Shown here: positions 1-11,274 of the stretch, in pieces | Position numbering within the stretch: the first letter of the stretch is position 1 | Layout: every line of letters begins with the position of its first letter | Source of the DNA: Pristiophorus japonicus | Lineage: Eukaryota | Length of the DNA: 64,000 nucleotides | Direction of reading: 5' to 3' | Assembly: GCF_044704955.1 (NCBI RefSeq) | Contig: NC_091998.1 | Location: 17,050,001-17,114,000 of the forward strand | Position numbers and translations under genes: made by a program | The notes under the pieces: model-generated | What the model was told of the DNA's origin: nothing | Database searches by the model: none | Seen by the model: only the letters and a program-made list of their open reading frames with translations

Positions 1-1337
1 ATTTGGAAAATGGTGACATGATAGGTCCAAGTCAGCATGGATTTGTGAAAGGGAAATCATGCTTGACAAATCTTCTGGAGTTTTTTGAGGATGTTTCCAG
101 TAAAGTGGACAAAGGAGAACCAGTTGATGTGGTATATTTGGACTTTCAGAAGGCTTTCGACAAGGTCCCACACAAGAGATTAATGTGCAAAGTTAAAGCA
201 CGTGGGATATGGGGTAGTGTGCTGACGTGGATTGAGAACTGGTTGTCAGACAGGAAGCAAAGAGTAGGAGTAAATGGGTACTTTTCAGAATGGCAGGCAG
301 TGACTAGTGGGGTACCGCAAGGTTCTGTGCTGGGACCCCAGCTGTTTACATTGTACATTAATGATTTAGACGAGGGGATTAAATGTAGTATCTCCAAATT
401 TGCGGATGACACTAAGTTGGGTGGCAGTGTGAGCTGCGAGGAGGATGCTATGAGGCTGCAGAGCGACATGGATAGGTTAGGTGAGTGGGCAAATGCATGG
501 CAGATGAAGTATAATGTGGATAAATGTGAGGTTATCCACTTTGGTGGTAAAAACAGAGAGACAGACTATTATCTGAATGGTGACAGATTAGGAAAAGGGA
601 AGGGGCAACGAGACCTGGGTGTCATGGTACATCAGTCATTGAAGGTTGGCATGCAGGTACAGCAGGCGGTTAAGAAAGCAAATGGCATGTTGCCCTTCAT
701 AGCGAGGGGATTTGAGTACAGGGGCAGGGAGGTGTTGCTACAGTTGTACAGGGCCTTGGTGAGGCCACACCTGGAGTATTGTGTACAGTTTTGGTCTCCT
801 AACTTGAGGAAGGACATTCTTGCTATTGAGGGAGTGTAGCGAAGGTTCACCAGACTTATTCCCGGGATGGCGGGACTGACATATCAAGAAAGACTGGATC
901 AACTGGGCTTGTATTCACTGGAGTTCAGACGAATGAGAGGGGATCTCATAGAAACGTTTAAAATTCTGACGGGTTTAGACAGGTTAGATGCAGGAAGAAT
1001 GTTCCCAATGTTGGGGAAGTCCAGAACCAGGGTTCACAGTCTAAGGATAAGGGGTAAGCCATTTAGGACCGAGATGAGGAGAGACTTCTTCACCCAGAGA
1101 GTGGTGAACCTGTGGAATTCTCTGCCACAGAAAGTGGTTGGGGCCAATTCACTAAATATATTCAAAAGGGAGTTAGATGAAGTCCTTACTACTCGGGGGA
1201 TCAAGGGGTATGGCGAGAAAGCAGGAAGGGGGTACTGAAGTTTCATGTTCAGCCATGAACTCATTGAATGGCGGTGCAGGCTAGAAGGGCCGAATGGCCT
1301 GCTCCTGCACCTATTTTCTATGTTTCTATGTTTCTAT
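1..1337 (+). mobile_element. CR1 LINE, 3' part (RT domain to tail), runs off window start; premature stop at 837-839
   Basis: ORF 3-839 has RT motifs QHGF, YLDFQKAFDKVPH, GVPQGSVLGP, FADD. ORF 867-1238 is the CR1 C-terminus (RRMRGDLIE, VNLWNSLP). 3' UTR stem GGTGCAGG..CCTGCACC, then (TTCTATGT)n tail. Confidence 0.95.
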
Positions 1338-1339
1338 AA

Positions 1340-1505
1340 GGTAGCCCCCTCATTTCTCGAATCAGCCTAGTGAATCATCTCTGTACCCATTCCAAAGCTA
1401 GTATATCCTTCCTTAAGTAAGGTGACCAAAACTGCACGCAGTACTCCAGGTGCGGCCTTACCAATACTTTATACAGTTGCAGCTTTTGTACTCCAACCCT
1501 TTCGT
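1340..1505 (-). mobile_element. Old CR1 fragment
   Basis: Reverse complement resembles the [19 protein letters not shown] region of CR1 ORF2 (gaccaaaactgcacgcagtactccaggtgcggcct). Confidence 0.75.
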
Positions 1506-3724
1506 ATATGTTCAGTACTCATGGGAATCTTGGCAGAAGATAGACATGAAGGACAGAATAAAGTTATTTCGAACAAAAGCAGAAAATTATAGAAACGCAC
1601 AGCCAGTTCACCAGCATTTAAAAGGAGAAAGGATAGGGTAATATTTTGGAACTGAAATGGGAAAGCAAGAGATCCCATGGATAAGGCTGACCAAAATGAA
1701 AAGGGAATAAGAGAATAAATAGAATCATCAAGCATCTAATTCCTTTTCTGATGTGCCCAGTTCCTCTCTGCAGACTAGTGATCAAATGCACAGTGCAGAG
1801 TTTGGCACAGACCTTTAAAAATGTATCTGTCCCAAGCGCCATTTGTGAGGTCCAGTTGTAAAATGAGGTTCTTGGGATTTGTATACCTGCCTAAGTATGT
1901 TGAAACAATGTTAGTGATAACAATACAGATCCCAACATAACAGGCAACAAGAGAAAATCGTAGAAGCAAGATTTTGAATGCATATTGGTGTTTGAATTAG
2001 AGATTATTAATCTGGGATAGCTTCTGAACTTGGGTCTACAATTGGAGAAATGTCACTTGAAAAAAGCATCGGCATATCTGACTGGCAAATCAAAACAGGC
2101 AAAAAAAACGAATATTCTTGCTGGATGGTGAAAAATATTAATTAATGCCTTCACCATTATGATAAAGAGATCATGTGTTGAATACTTTGTGCCTATCGGA
2201 AAGAAAAATATTTTAGTTCGAAAGCTTTGTCATTGTCCATAAAAGGTCAAGTAGGTAACTCTGAATTTACTGCGGAAATCTCATGTCTTGGCCCAATCCT
2301 CTTAGTGAATATCTTAAAGTAGAGACTGTGAACCAGGCATCAGTATTGAAATGCTTAAAAGCTGCTTGAAGTTGAAACTGGATAGCTTCAACACCCTTCT
2401 CACAATTGGAGAGACTGTTATAGCCATAATGCACATTGTACATAATAGAATCTGATAATAAACCATGAAAGTCTGGTCGTTTGTAATTCATATCTAGAGA
2501 GTATTACCCCAAAAGATATATCCCAAATAAATCAATTTTTCTCAACTTCCTCTCTTTCTATATAAAAAAAAATTGCAGTGAGGAAATCAGCTGAGAGCCA
2601 AGAGAATAAATGCTCATAGCATATTTTTAGGGCTTTATCAAGTTTAATCACTGTTATTTGAAAGGCAGTAACCGTTACAGCGTGTTTTTCTTAATTCAGT
2701 AATACAAGGCTCTATTGACTGGGAGAGATTAACATTCTTGGCATTTGAATCTGAAGCATTCAAAGGTTTTGGCAGCTAGAATGCTGTCCAATTTCACAAC
2801 ATCAATACTGATAGTTGGCATTGGAGGAGACTGGAAAGGAGCAGAAAGGCTCTGTCAGATCCTTTTAACCAAGAGTTTCATAGCATTATATTTATCAACA
2901 AGTTGAGGGAAATAACATCCGGAGTCAACTTAAAAGACTTGACAGGCATTGCCAGAAGTTAAATGCCAAAATGTTTGTCACTTTAACTAACAATGCTATC
3001 TAGTGCTAATAATTTTTTTTTGTTTTTCTCACTTGCCATGAAATTGAGGACACATCTTCTAGACTGGGGAAAGTGAAGGAGGAAACAAACAGTGGGAAGA
3101 ATTCTGCTCTTGTTCAAGTTATTAGAGGTAAGATCAGCATTATGGAAAGCATCTGCAAGACTCTAGTTACCTTTCCCAAATCAACTTGTTTAAGATCATA
3201 GACTATCATCTTACACACAAGGCTGCAACATTGTTGTGCGTGGAATGCAACTGCTTTGTCTGCTGCACTGCAAGATGCCAGATATGTGGAAAGGCAATAC
3301 CATACACAAAAACAAGAAATATTATCAAAAAATTTGACAATACCAGATGGTTGTTTCATTCACAAAATAAGTTTTTTTTTTAAAAAGAAAAATGACACGA
3401 AATTCCCAGCATACATGCTCCAACCAGTTGTACTGAAGCAGAAGAAAAATAATACTAATGACTACTTTGTAAGCAGAATTTTAGGGGGGGGGGCTCTACT
3501 ATGTGCAAAGTTGTCTTGCAATCACTGTATTCATTTCTAGAGATCTTCAATCTGCTATGGAAGTTCAAGATCAAGTCGTTTTTCACATTAGGTTTTGAAG
3601 AATATGCAAAATTTGAAGAAGCAGCGGTGGAAATACGAATGAAATCCAGAAAAGAACAATGTATATTTTACTAGTGTATTTGTACTGGAGAAAAGCCTGG
3701 GGACTGGAAAAAGGCACGGGTTAC

Positions 3725-4015
3725 TCCTATTATCAATAAGATCATGGCCTCAACTCCATTTTCCTACCCGCTCCCATAACCCTTCACTCCTTTATCATTC
3801 AAAAATCTGTCGATTTCTACCTTATTCAATGACCCAGCCTCCACAGCTCTCTGGGTAGAGAATTCCAAAGTTGTTGTCAAAGTTATGGAAACCCTTAAAA
3901 ATATCATGGAGCATCTGGATAGAAACAAAATCGCGAATGTAAGTTCATGAAAGGTTAGTCTTGCCAATCTAACTTACTGGTTTTCTTTGAAAGTGTGACA
4001 AAGAATTGCGTGGAT
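3725..4015. mobile_element. Degraded CR1 remnants (3' end on - at ~3725-3870; RT fragment on + at ~3875-4015)
   Basis: ORF 3764-3967(-) contains TQRAVEAGSLN..IDRFLNDKGVKGYG. The + part resembles the GKSCLTNLLEFF region. Confidence 0.6.
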
Positions 4016-4188
4016 GAAACCTGGAAATTAACTCAGTGGGTCGGAATCTGCGCTTGCAACCGAGTTAAAGGTATTTATTTTGATCTCCAGGTTTCGTGTC
4101 TCCAATCTGCGCAGCGAGCATTATCTACATTCGCATGATGCTATCTCTTAATGGGCCAATATACAAATGGAAATTGGAGGTGTGCACG

Positions 4189-4286
4189 ATGGATGGTGCA
4201 CATAGAGCAAGGGCAGGACCCAGATTCAATAATGCATCACTGGAATTACTGCCGGGTGCAGTCAGGAGCAGAAGAGACATACTTTT
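4189..4286 (+). pseudogene. Harbinger Myb/SANT-like DNA-binding protein, N-terminal part (interrupted by Gypsy A)
   Basis: MDGAHRARAGPRFNNASLELLPGAVRSRRDILF joins in frame to PCNGRKKPSALTKAAWLDVAEE at 20337 after removing the element and one TSD copy. Confidence 0.75.
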
Positions 4287-4478
4287 TGTTATGTATGCAA
4301 CCAGCATTCTACCGCCACCAGAGGGCATATCTGTTGGATCCCAGCATTCCTTGGGAGCACTGTATATAAGCAGGCCTTCCATGCTGAACCAACACTCTGG
4401 AGTTTGAATAAAGAAACTAAGGTCACACTTACTCACCTCTACAGTACTCAATCACATTACTTTATTCTGGACATAACA
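4287..4478 (+). repeat. 5' LTR of Gypsy A
   Basis: TGTTATGT...ACATAACA terminal inverted repeat. Contains TATATAA and AATAAA. Homologous to 20121-20331. Confidence 0.93.
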
Positions 4479-4480
4479 AC

Positions 4481-4496
4481 TGGCGATGAGATAATG
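4481..4496 (+). promoter_or_regulatory. Primer-binding site, tRNA-Ser(GCU)-like
   Basis: TGGCGATGAG lies 2 nt after the LTR. The complement of the vertebrate tRNA-Ser(GCU) 3' end is TGGCGACGAGG (recalled). Confidence 0.7.
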
Positions 4497-7057
4497 AACC
4501 ATCATGCGAAAATGCAGAGAACTGTTGGTATCCTGGAGAAATTCTCAGAAGGGGACGATTGGGAGGCCTTCGTGGAACGACTCAACCAATACATCGTGGC
4601 CAACGAGCTGGAAGGGAGTGTGAACGCTGCCAAACGAAGTGCGATCCTCTTCACCGTCTGCGGCGCAACAACCTATGGTCTCATGAAGAATCTTCTTGCT
4701 CCGGTGAAAACAACCACCAAATCGTATGAAGAACTGTGTATACTGGTTCGGGAGCACCGAAATCCGAAGGAGAGCGTTCTGATGGTAAGGTATCGATTTT
4801 ACACGTCAACTGTCTGAAGACCAGGAAGTGGCGAGCTATGTTGCCGAACTAAGGCGCCTTGCAGGACATTGCGAATTTGGTGGATTCCTGGAGCAAATGC
4901 TAAGAGACTTTTTTGTACTTCGCATTGGCCATGAGGTTATCCCCTTTGCAAACTATTGACTGTTGAAACACCGAACCAGAGCAAAGCCATAACGATAGCC
5001 CAGGCATTTATGTCCAACAGCGATAACACCAAACAAATTTTGCAGCATAAAGATGTTTCGGCAAGTACTGTACATAAAGTAATGTCGATTTCAGGCAGGA
5101 ATGCATATGGCAGAACATATTCGCCTGCAGCTGCACGACCTCAGATGACTCAGAGTCCGCATCAAGCGTTAATGCAAGGCAGTTAACACCTTGTTGGCGT
5201 TGCGGAGGTGATCATCGATCCCATCAATGTCGCTTCAAACACGATGCTTGCAAAGGCTGTGGAACAATGTGACACCTCCAGCGAATGTGCAGACGAGCTG
5301 CAACCCCTGCAAACCACCACGTTGCAGAGGAAGACCGATCCATGGCGGATCAAACTGAACTAGAGATTCAAACCAAGGATGCAAAAGTGTACGGGGTGCA
5401 CACCTTTACCACGAAATGTCCACCGATCATGTTAAAAGTTGAACTGAACATAATTCCAGTATCCATGGAATTGGACACAGGTGCGAGTCAGTCCGTCATG
5501 AGCAAAAAGGCCTTCGACAGGCTGTGGTGCAACAAGGCACACAGACCCAAGCTGAGCCCCATTCATACCAAGCTGAGTACTTACATTAAAGAGCTGATCC
5601 CTGTAATTGGCAGCGCAGCAGTAAAAGACTCCTATGATGGAGCAGTGCACGAACTACCACTATGGATAGTGCCAGGAGATGGCCCGACACAGTTCGGCAG
5701 AAGCTGGCTGGGAAAAATACGCTGGAACTGGGACGACATCCAAGCGCTTTCATCCGTCGATGACGCCTCATGTGCCCAGGTTCTGAGCAAGTTTCCGTCG
5801 TTGTTTCAGCCAATCATCGGAAGCTTCTCGGGGGCGAAGATGCAGGTCCACTTGATTCCCGGTATACGACCCATCCACCACAAGGCACGGGCGGTGCCAT
5901 ATATGATGCAAGAGAAAGTGGAGATCGAGCTAGACAGGCTGCAACGAGAGGGCATCATCGCACCGGTGGAGTTCAACGACTGGGCCAGTCCGATTGTTCC
6001 GGTTCTCAAGGGCGATGGCACGGTCAGAATGTGTGGGAACAAAAAGTAACAATTGACCATTTTTCGCCGAAGGACCAGTACCCGCTATCCAAGGCAGATG
6101 ATCTATTTGCGATGCTGGCAGGAAGAAAGACGTTCACCAAGTTGGACCTGACCTCGGCCTACATGATGCAGGAGCTGGCGGAATCTTCGAAAGGCCTCAC
6201 CTGCATCAACACGCACAAAGGTCTGTTCATCTACAATATATGCCCGTTTGGGATTCGATCGGTTGCAGATATTTTTCCAACGAACATGGAGAGTCTGCGA
6301 AAGTAGATTCCAAGCACCGTGGTTTTCCAGGACGACATACTGGTCACAGGTTGGGACACCATCGAAAACTTGCAGAACCTGCAAAAGGTTCCAAGTCGGC
6401 TAGATCGTGTGAGACTCAGGTTGAAATGCTCGAAGTGTGTTTTCCTGGCGCAAGAGATCGAGTTCTTAGGGAGAAAAACCACGGCAGACGGCATCAGACC
6501 CATCAACACCAAGAAGGAGGCCAACAAGAATGCGGCGAGACCACAGAACGTGATGAAGCTGCATTCGTTCCTGGGATGACTCAATTATTTTGGTAATTTC
6601 CTACTCGGGTTAAGCACCTTTCGAGAACCTCCACACGTGTTGCTACGCAAGGGAGACTGGGTATGGAGGAAATCACGAGACAGCTTTTGAGAAAGCCCGA
6701 AATCTGTCATGTTCCAACAAACTGCTTGCTCTGTATGATCCATGTAAACGTTTAGTGCTAGCTTGCGATGCATCTTCGTATGGGGTCAGGTGTGTGTTAC
6801 AACAAGCAAAAGAATCGGGAACATTGCAACCGGTCGCTTAATCGTCCAGAAGCTTGTCCAAGGCCGAAAGGGCCCACAGCATAATTGAAAAAGCAGCTCT
6901 GGCATGCGTTTACAGGCTAACAAAATGCATCAGTATCTGTTTGGGTTTAGGTTAGAGTTAGAAACTGACCATATTACTATTCTCAGAGAGCAAAGGTATC
7001 AATATCAATGCCTCTGCTCGCATCCAAATTTGGGCACTCACGCTGTCTGCATATAAC
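4494..7057 (+). pseudogene. Gypsy A gag-protease-RT-RNase H, multiple stops and frameshifts
   Basis: Gag DDWEAFVERL, zinc-knuckle-like CWRCGGDH, protease LDTGAS, RT WASPIVPVLK, FTKLDL, FQDDIL, RNase H LACDAS. Cut after WALTLSAYN. Confidence 0.92.
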
Positions 7058-7197
7058 GGATATGTCCTTACTATACAGTATAAATGCACGCGAGGCCCAT
7101 ACTTGAGAGGTCGTCACTCTGTGACCAGTCAACTTTATTACCAAGGCCTCAAGTGTGAAGGTGGGTGGAGCTTCCTCTTTTATACCTGAAAGTCCAG
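7058..7197 (-). repeat. 3' LTR of Gypsy B, distal part
   Basis: Matches 18440-18580 and stops at gaaagtccag where a CR1 begins. Confidence 0.92.
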
Positions 7198-10100
7198 AGC
7201 ATTCTGGAGAGGGAGGGTGAACAGCCAGTTGTCATGGTACATGTAGGTACCAACGATATAGGTAAGAAGTGGGAAGAGGTCCTACAAGTTGAATTTAGGG
7301 AGCTAGGAGTTAAATTAAAAAGTAGGACCTCAAATGTCGTAATTTCTGGATTGCTACCAGTGCCACGTGCTAATCAGAGTAGAGGGAGCAGGATAGTTAG
7401 AATAAATACGTGGCTTGAGCAGTGGTGCAAGAGGGAGGGATTCAAATTCCGATGCAGCGAGATAGGGCGAAGTAATATGGAGTCAGAAACAGATGGTAGA
7501 AAGGTAAAAAGCAATAGTGGAAGGCCGAGTAAACAAAGCCAAGAAACAAAAAGGGCCACACTACATCATAATTCTAAAAGGACAAAGGGTGTTTAAAAAA
7601 CAAGCCTGAAGGCTTTGTGTCTTAATGCAAGGAGTATCCGTAATAAGGTGGATGAATTAACTGTGCAAATAGATGTTAACGGATATGATGTGATTGGGAT
7701 TACGGAGACGTGGCTCCAGGATGATCAGGGCTGGGAACTCAACATCCAGGGGTATTCAACATTCAGGAAGGATAGAATAAAAGGAAAAGGAGGTGGGGTA
7801 GTATTGCTGGTTAAAGAGAAGATTAATGCAGTAGCTAGGAAGGACATTAGCTTGGATGATGTGGAATCTATATGGGTAGAGCTGCAGAACACCAAAGGGC
7901 AAAAAACATTAGTGGGAGTTGTGTACAGACCTCCAAACAGTAGTAATGATGTTGGGGAGGGCATCAAACAGAAAATTAGGGGTGCATGCAATAAAGATGC
8001 AGCAGTTATCATGGGTGACTTTAATATGCATATAGATTGGGCTCACCAAACTGGAAGCAATACGGTGCAGGAGGATTTCCTGGAGTGCAGAAGGGATGGT
8101 TTTCTAGACCAATATGTCGAGGAATTAACTATGGGGGAGGCCATCTTAGACTGGGTGTTGTGTAATGAGAGAGGATTAATTAGCAATCTCGTTGTGCGAG
8201 GCCCCTTGGGGAATAGGGACCATAATATGGTGGAATTCTACATTAGGATGGAGAATGAAACAGGTAATTCAGAGACCATGGTCCAGAACTTGAAGAAGGG
8301 TAACTTTGAAGGTATGAGGCGTGAATTGGCTAGGATAGATTGGCAAATGATACTTAAGAGGTTGACAGTGGATGGGCAATGGCAGACATTTAGAGACTGC
8401 ACGGATGAACTACAACAATTGTACATCCCTGTCTGGCGTAAAAATAAAAAAGGGAAGGTGGCTCAACCATGGCTATCAAGGGAAATCAGGGATAGTATTA
8501 AAGCCAAGGAAGTGGCATACAAATTGGCCAGAAATAGCAGTGAACCTGGGGACTGGGAGAAATTTAGAACTCAGCAGAGGAGGACAAAGGGTTTGATTAG
8601 GGCAGGGAAAATGGAGTACGAGAGGAAGCTTGCAGGGAACATTAAGACGGACTGCAAAAGTTTCTACAGATATGTAAAGAGAAAAAGGTTAGTAAAGACA
8701 AATGTAGGTCCCCTGCAGTCAGAATCAGGGGAAGTCATAATGGGGAACAAACGAATTGAACAAGTACTTTGGTTCGGTATTCACCAAGGAGGACACAAAT
8801 AACCTTCCGGATATAAAAGGGGTCAGAGGGTCTAGTAAGAAGGAGGAACTGAGGAAAATCCTTATTAGTCGTGAAATTGTGTTGGGGAAATTGATAGGAT
8901 TGAAGGCCAATAAATCCCCAGGGCCTGATGGACTGCATCCCAGAGTACTTAAGGAGGTGGCCTTGTACATAGCGGATGCATTGACAGTCATTTTCCAACA
9001 TTCCATAGACTCTGGATCAGTTCCTATGGAGTGGAGGGTAGCCAATGTAACCCCACTTTTTAAAAAAAGGAGGGAGAGAGAAAACAGGGAATTATAAACC
9101 GGTCAGCCTGACATCAGTAGTGGGCAAAATGATGGAATCAATTATTAAGGATGCCATAGCAGCGCATTTGGAAAGAGGTGACATGATAGGTCCAAGTCAG
9201 CATGGATTTGTGAAAGGGAAATCATGTTTGACAAATCTTCTGGAATTTTTTGAGGATGATTCCAGTAGAGTGGACAAGGGAGAACCAGTTGATGTGGTAT
9301 ATTTGGACTTTCAGAAGGCTTTCGACAAGGTTCCACGCAAGAGATTAATGTGCAAAGTTAAAGCACATGGGATTGGGGGTAGTGTGTTGACCTGGATTGA
9401 GAACTGGTTGTCAGACAGGAAGCAAAGAGTAGGAGTAAATGGATACTTTTCAGAATGGCATGCAGTGACTAGTGGGGGTACCGCAAGGTTCTGTGCTGGG
9501 GCCCCAGCTGTTTACATTGTACATTAATGATTTGGACCTCTCCAAATTTACGGATGACACTAAGTTGGGTGGCAGTGTGAGCTGCGAGGAGGATGCTATG
9601 AGGCTGCAGAGTGACTTGGATAGGTTAGATGAGTGGGCAAATGCATGGCAGATGAAGTATAATGTGGATAAATGTGAGGTTATCCACTTTGGTGGTAAAA
9701 ACAGAGAGACAGACTATTATCTGAATGGTGACAGTATAGGAAAAGGGGAGGTGCAACGAGACCTGGGTGTCATGGTACATCAGTCATTGAAGGTTGGCAT
9801 GCAGGTACAGCAGGCGGTTAAGAAAGCAAATGGCATGTTAGCCTTCATAGCGAGGGGATTTGAGTACAGGGGCAGGGAGGTGTTGCTACAGTTGTACAGG
9901 GCCTTGGTGAGGCCACACCTGGAGTATTGTGTACAGTTTTAGTCTCCTAACTTGAGGAAGGACATTCTTGCTATTGAGGGAGTGCAGCGAAGGTTCATCA
10001 GACTGATTCCCGGGATGGCGGGACTGACTTATCAAGAAAGACTAGATCAACTGGGCTTGTACTCACTGGAGTTCAGAAGAATGAGAGGGGATCTCATAGA

Positions 10101-10442
10101 AACGTTTAAAATTCTGACGGGTTTAGACAGGTTAGATGCAGGAAGAATGTTCCCAATGTTGGGGGAGTCCAGAACCAGGGGTCACAGTCTAAGGATAAGG
10201 GGTAAGCCATTTAGGAGTGAGATGAGGAGAAACTTCTTCACCCAGAGAGTGGTGAACCTGTGGAATTCTCTACCACAGAAAGTTGTTGAGGCCAATTCAC
10301 TAAATATATTCAAAAAGGAGTTAGATTTAGTCCTTACTACTAGGAGTATCAAGGGGTATGGAGAGAAAGCAGGAATGGGATACTGAGGTTGCATGTTCAG
10401 CCATGAACTCATTGAATGGCGGTGCAGGCTCGAAGTTTCTAT
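7198..10442 (+). mobile_element. CR1 LINE inserted in the 3' LTR of Gypsy B, 5'-truncated within ORF1
   Basis: ORF1 esterase motif VHVGTND, APE endonuclease (LNARSI, GITETW, GDFN, DHN), RT motifs. Internal deletions near 7450, 9537 and 10435. LTR resumes at gttaggagtg (10443). Confidence 0.95.
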
Positions 10443-10548
10443 GTTAGGAGTGTCTCCCACAAGTTCACCCCCTTGTGGTCAATGTTCTCAAGGTGTACAA
10501 CTTAGGTCAGCTTATACATGGGTTACAATGATAGTTGAATACATGACA
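10443..10548 (-). repeat. 3' LTR of Gypsy B, proximal (U3) part
   Basis: Matches 18581-18686, ends atacatgaca, followed by the reverse-complement PPT. Confidence 0.92.
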
Positions 10549-10585
10549 TCACCTCCCCCCCCCCCCCCCAAAAGTCTTATTGGGA

Positions 10586-11274
10586 TCACAGGTTAAGTCT
10601 CTCTGGTGGTTTACCCGCCCTTGTAGAGTACCTGAGTTGGAGCTCCGGTTGTTGGGTGCTGGCCCTAGTGTCTGCTGTTTGTGGTGTCTCAGGCCTGTCC
10701 GGACTGCCCACAGTGACTGGGCTCTCCTCCACTTGGTTCCGGTGTTCAGTCACCTGTGGTGGAGTAAACTCTACCTCGTGTTCTTCCTCTGCTCCTTCTA
10801 TGGGGTTGCTGAACCTCCTTTTAGTTTGATCCACGTGTTTGCGGCAGATTTGTCCATTGGTAAGTTTAACTACCAAAAGCCTATTCCCTCTTTGGCAATC
10901 TCAGTGCCTGCAAGCCATTTGGGTCCTGCAGCGTAATTAAGGACAAAAACAGGGTCACTGACATCAATACATCACGCCCTCGCATTCCTGTCATGGTAGT
11001 CACATTGTGACTGACGCCTGCTCTCAACAATTTCTTTCATAGTCGGGTGTATAAGGGATAACCTGGTTTTGAGCGTCCTTTTCATTAGCAGCTCTGTGGG
11101 TGGAACCCCCGTGAGCGCGTATGGTCGGGATCTATTGGCCAACAGGAGGCGTGATAAGCGGCTTTGTAGGGAACCCCGTTGGATTCTGAGCATCCCCTGT
11201 TTGATTATCTGCACTTCTTGTTCCACCTGGCCGTTTGAGGCCGACTTGTACGGTGCCGTTCTGACATGGTTGAT
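10586..11274 (-). pseudogene. Gypsy B integrase, C-terminal part
   Basis: INHVRTAPYKSASNGQVE, TGVPPTELLMKR, tail LRYSTRAGKPPERLNL. Confidence 0.9.

Noticed and set aside
146-469. Recurrent antisense ORFs (SSANLEILH.., also 13931, 41234, 63061)
   Set aside because: Shadow frames of the CR1 RT, repeated because the element is repeated.
3-839. Reverse transcriptase ORFs as a retron, DGR or other prokaryotic RT system
   Set aside because: They have CR1-specific motifs, flanking APE and esterase domains and CR1 tails. No operon structure, ncRNA or CRISPR array is seen.
7165-7596. 143-aa ORF starting in an LTR and continuing into an esterase
   Set aside because: Chance read-through across the LTR/CR1 junction and a CR1 internal deletion, from a GTG start.
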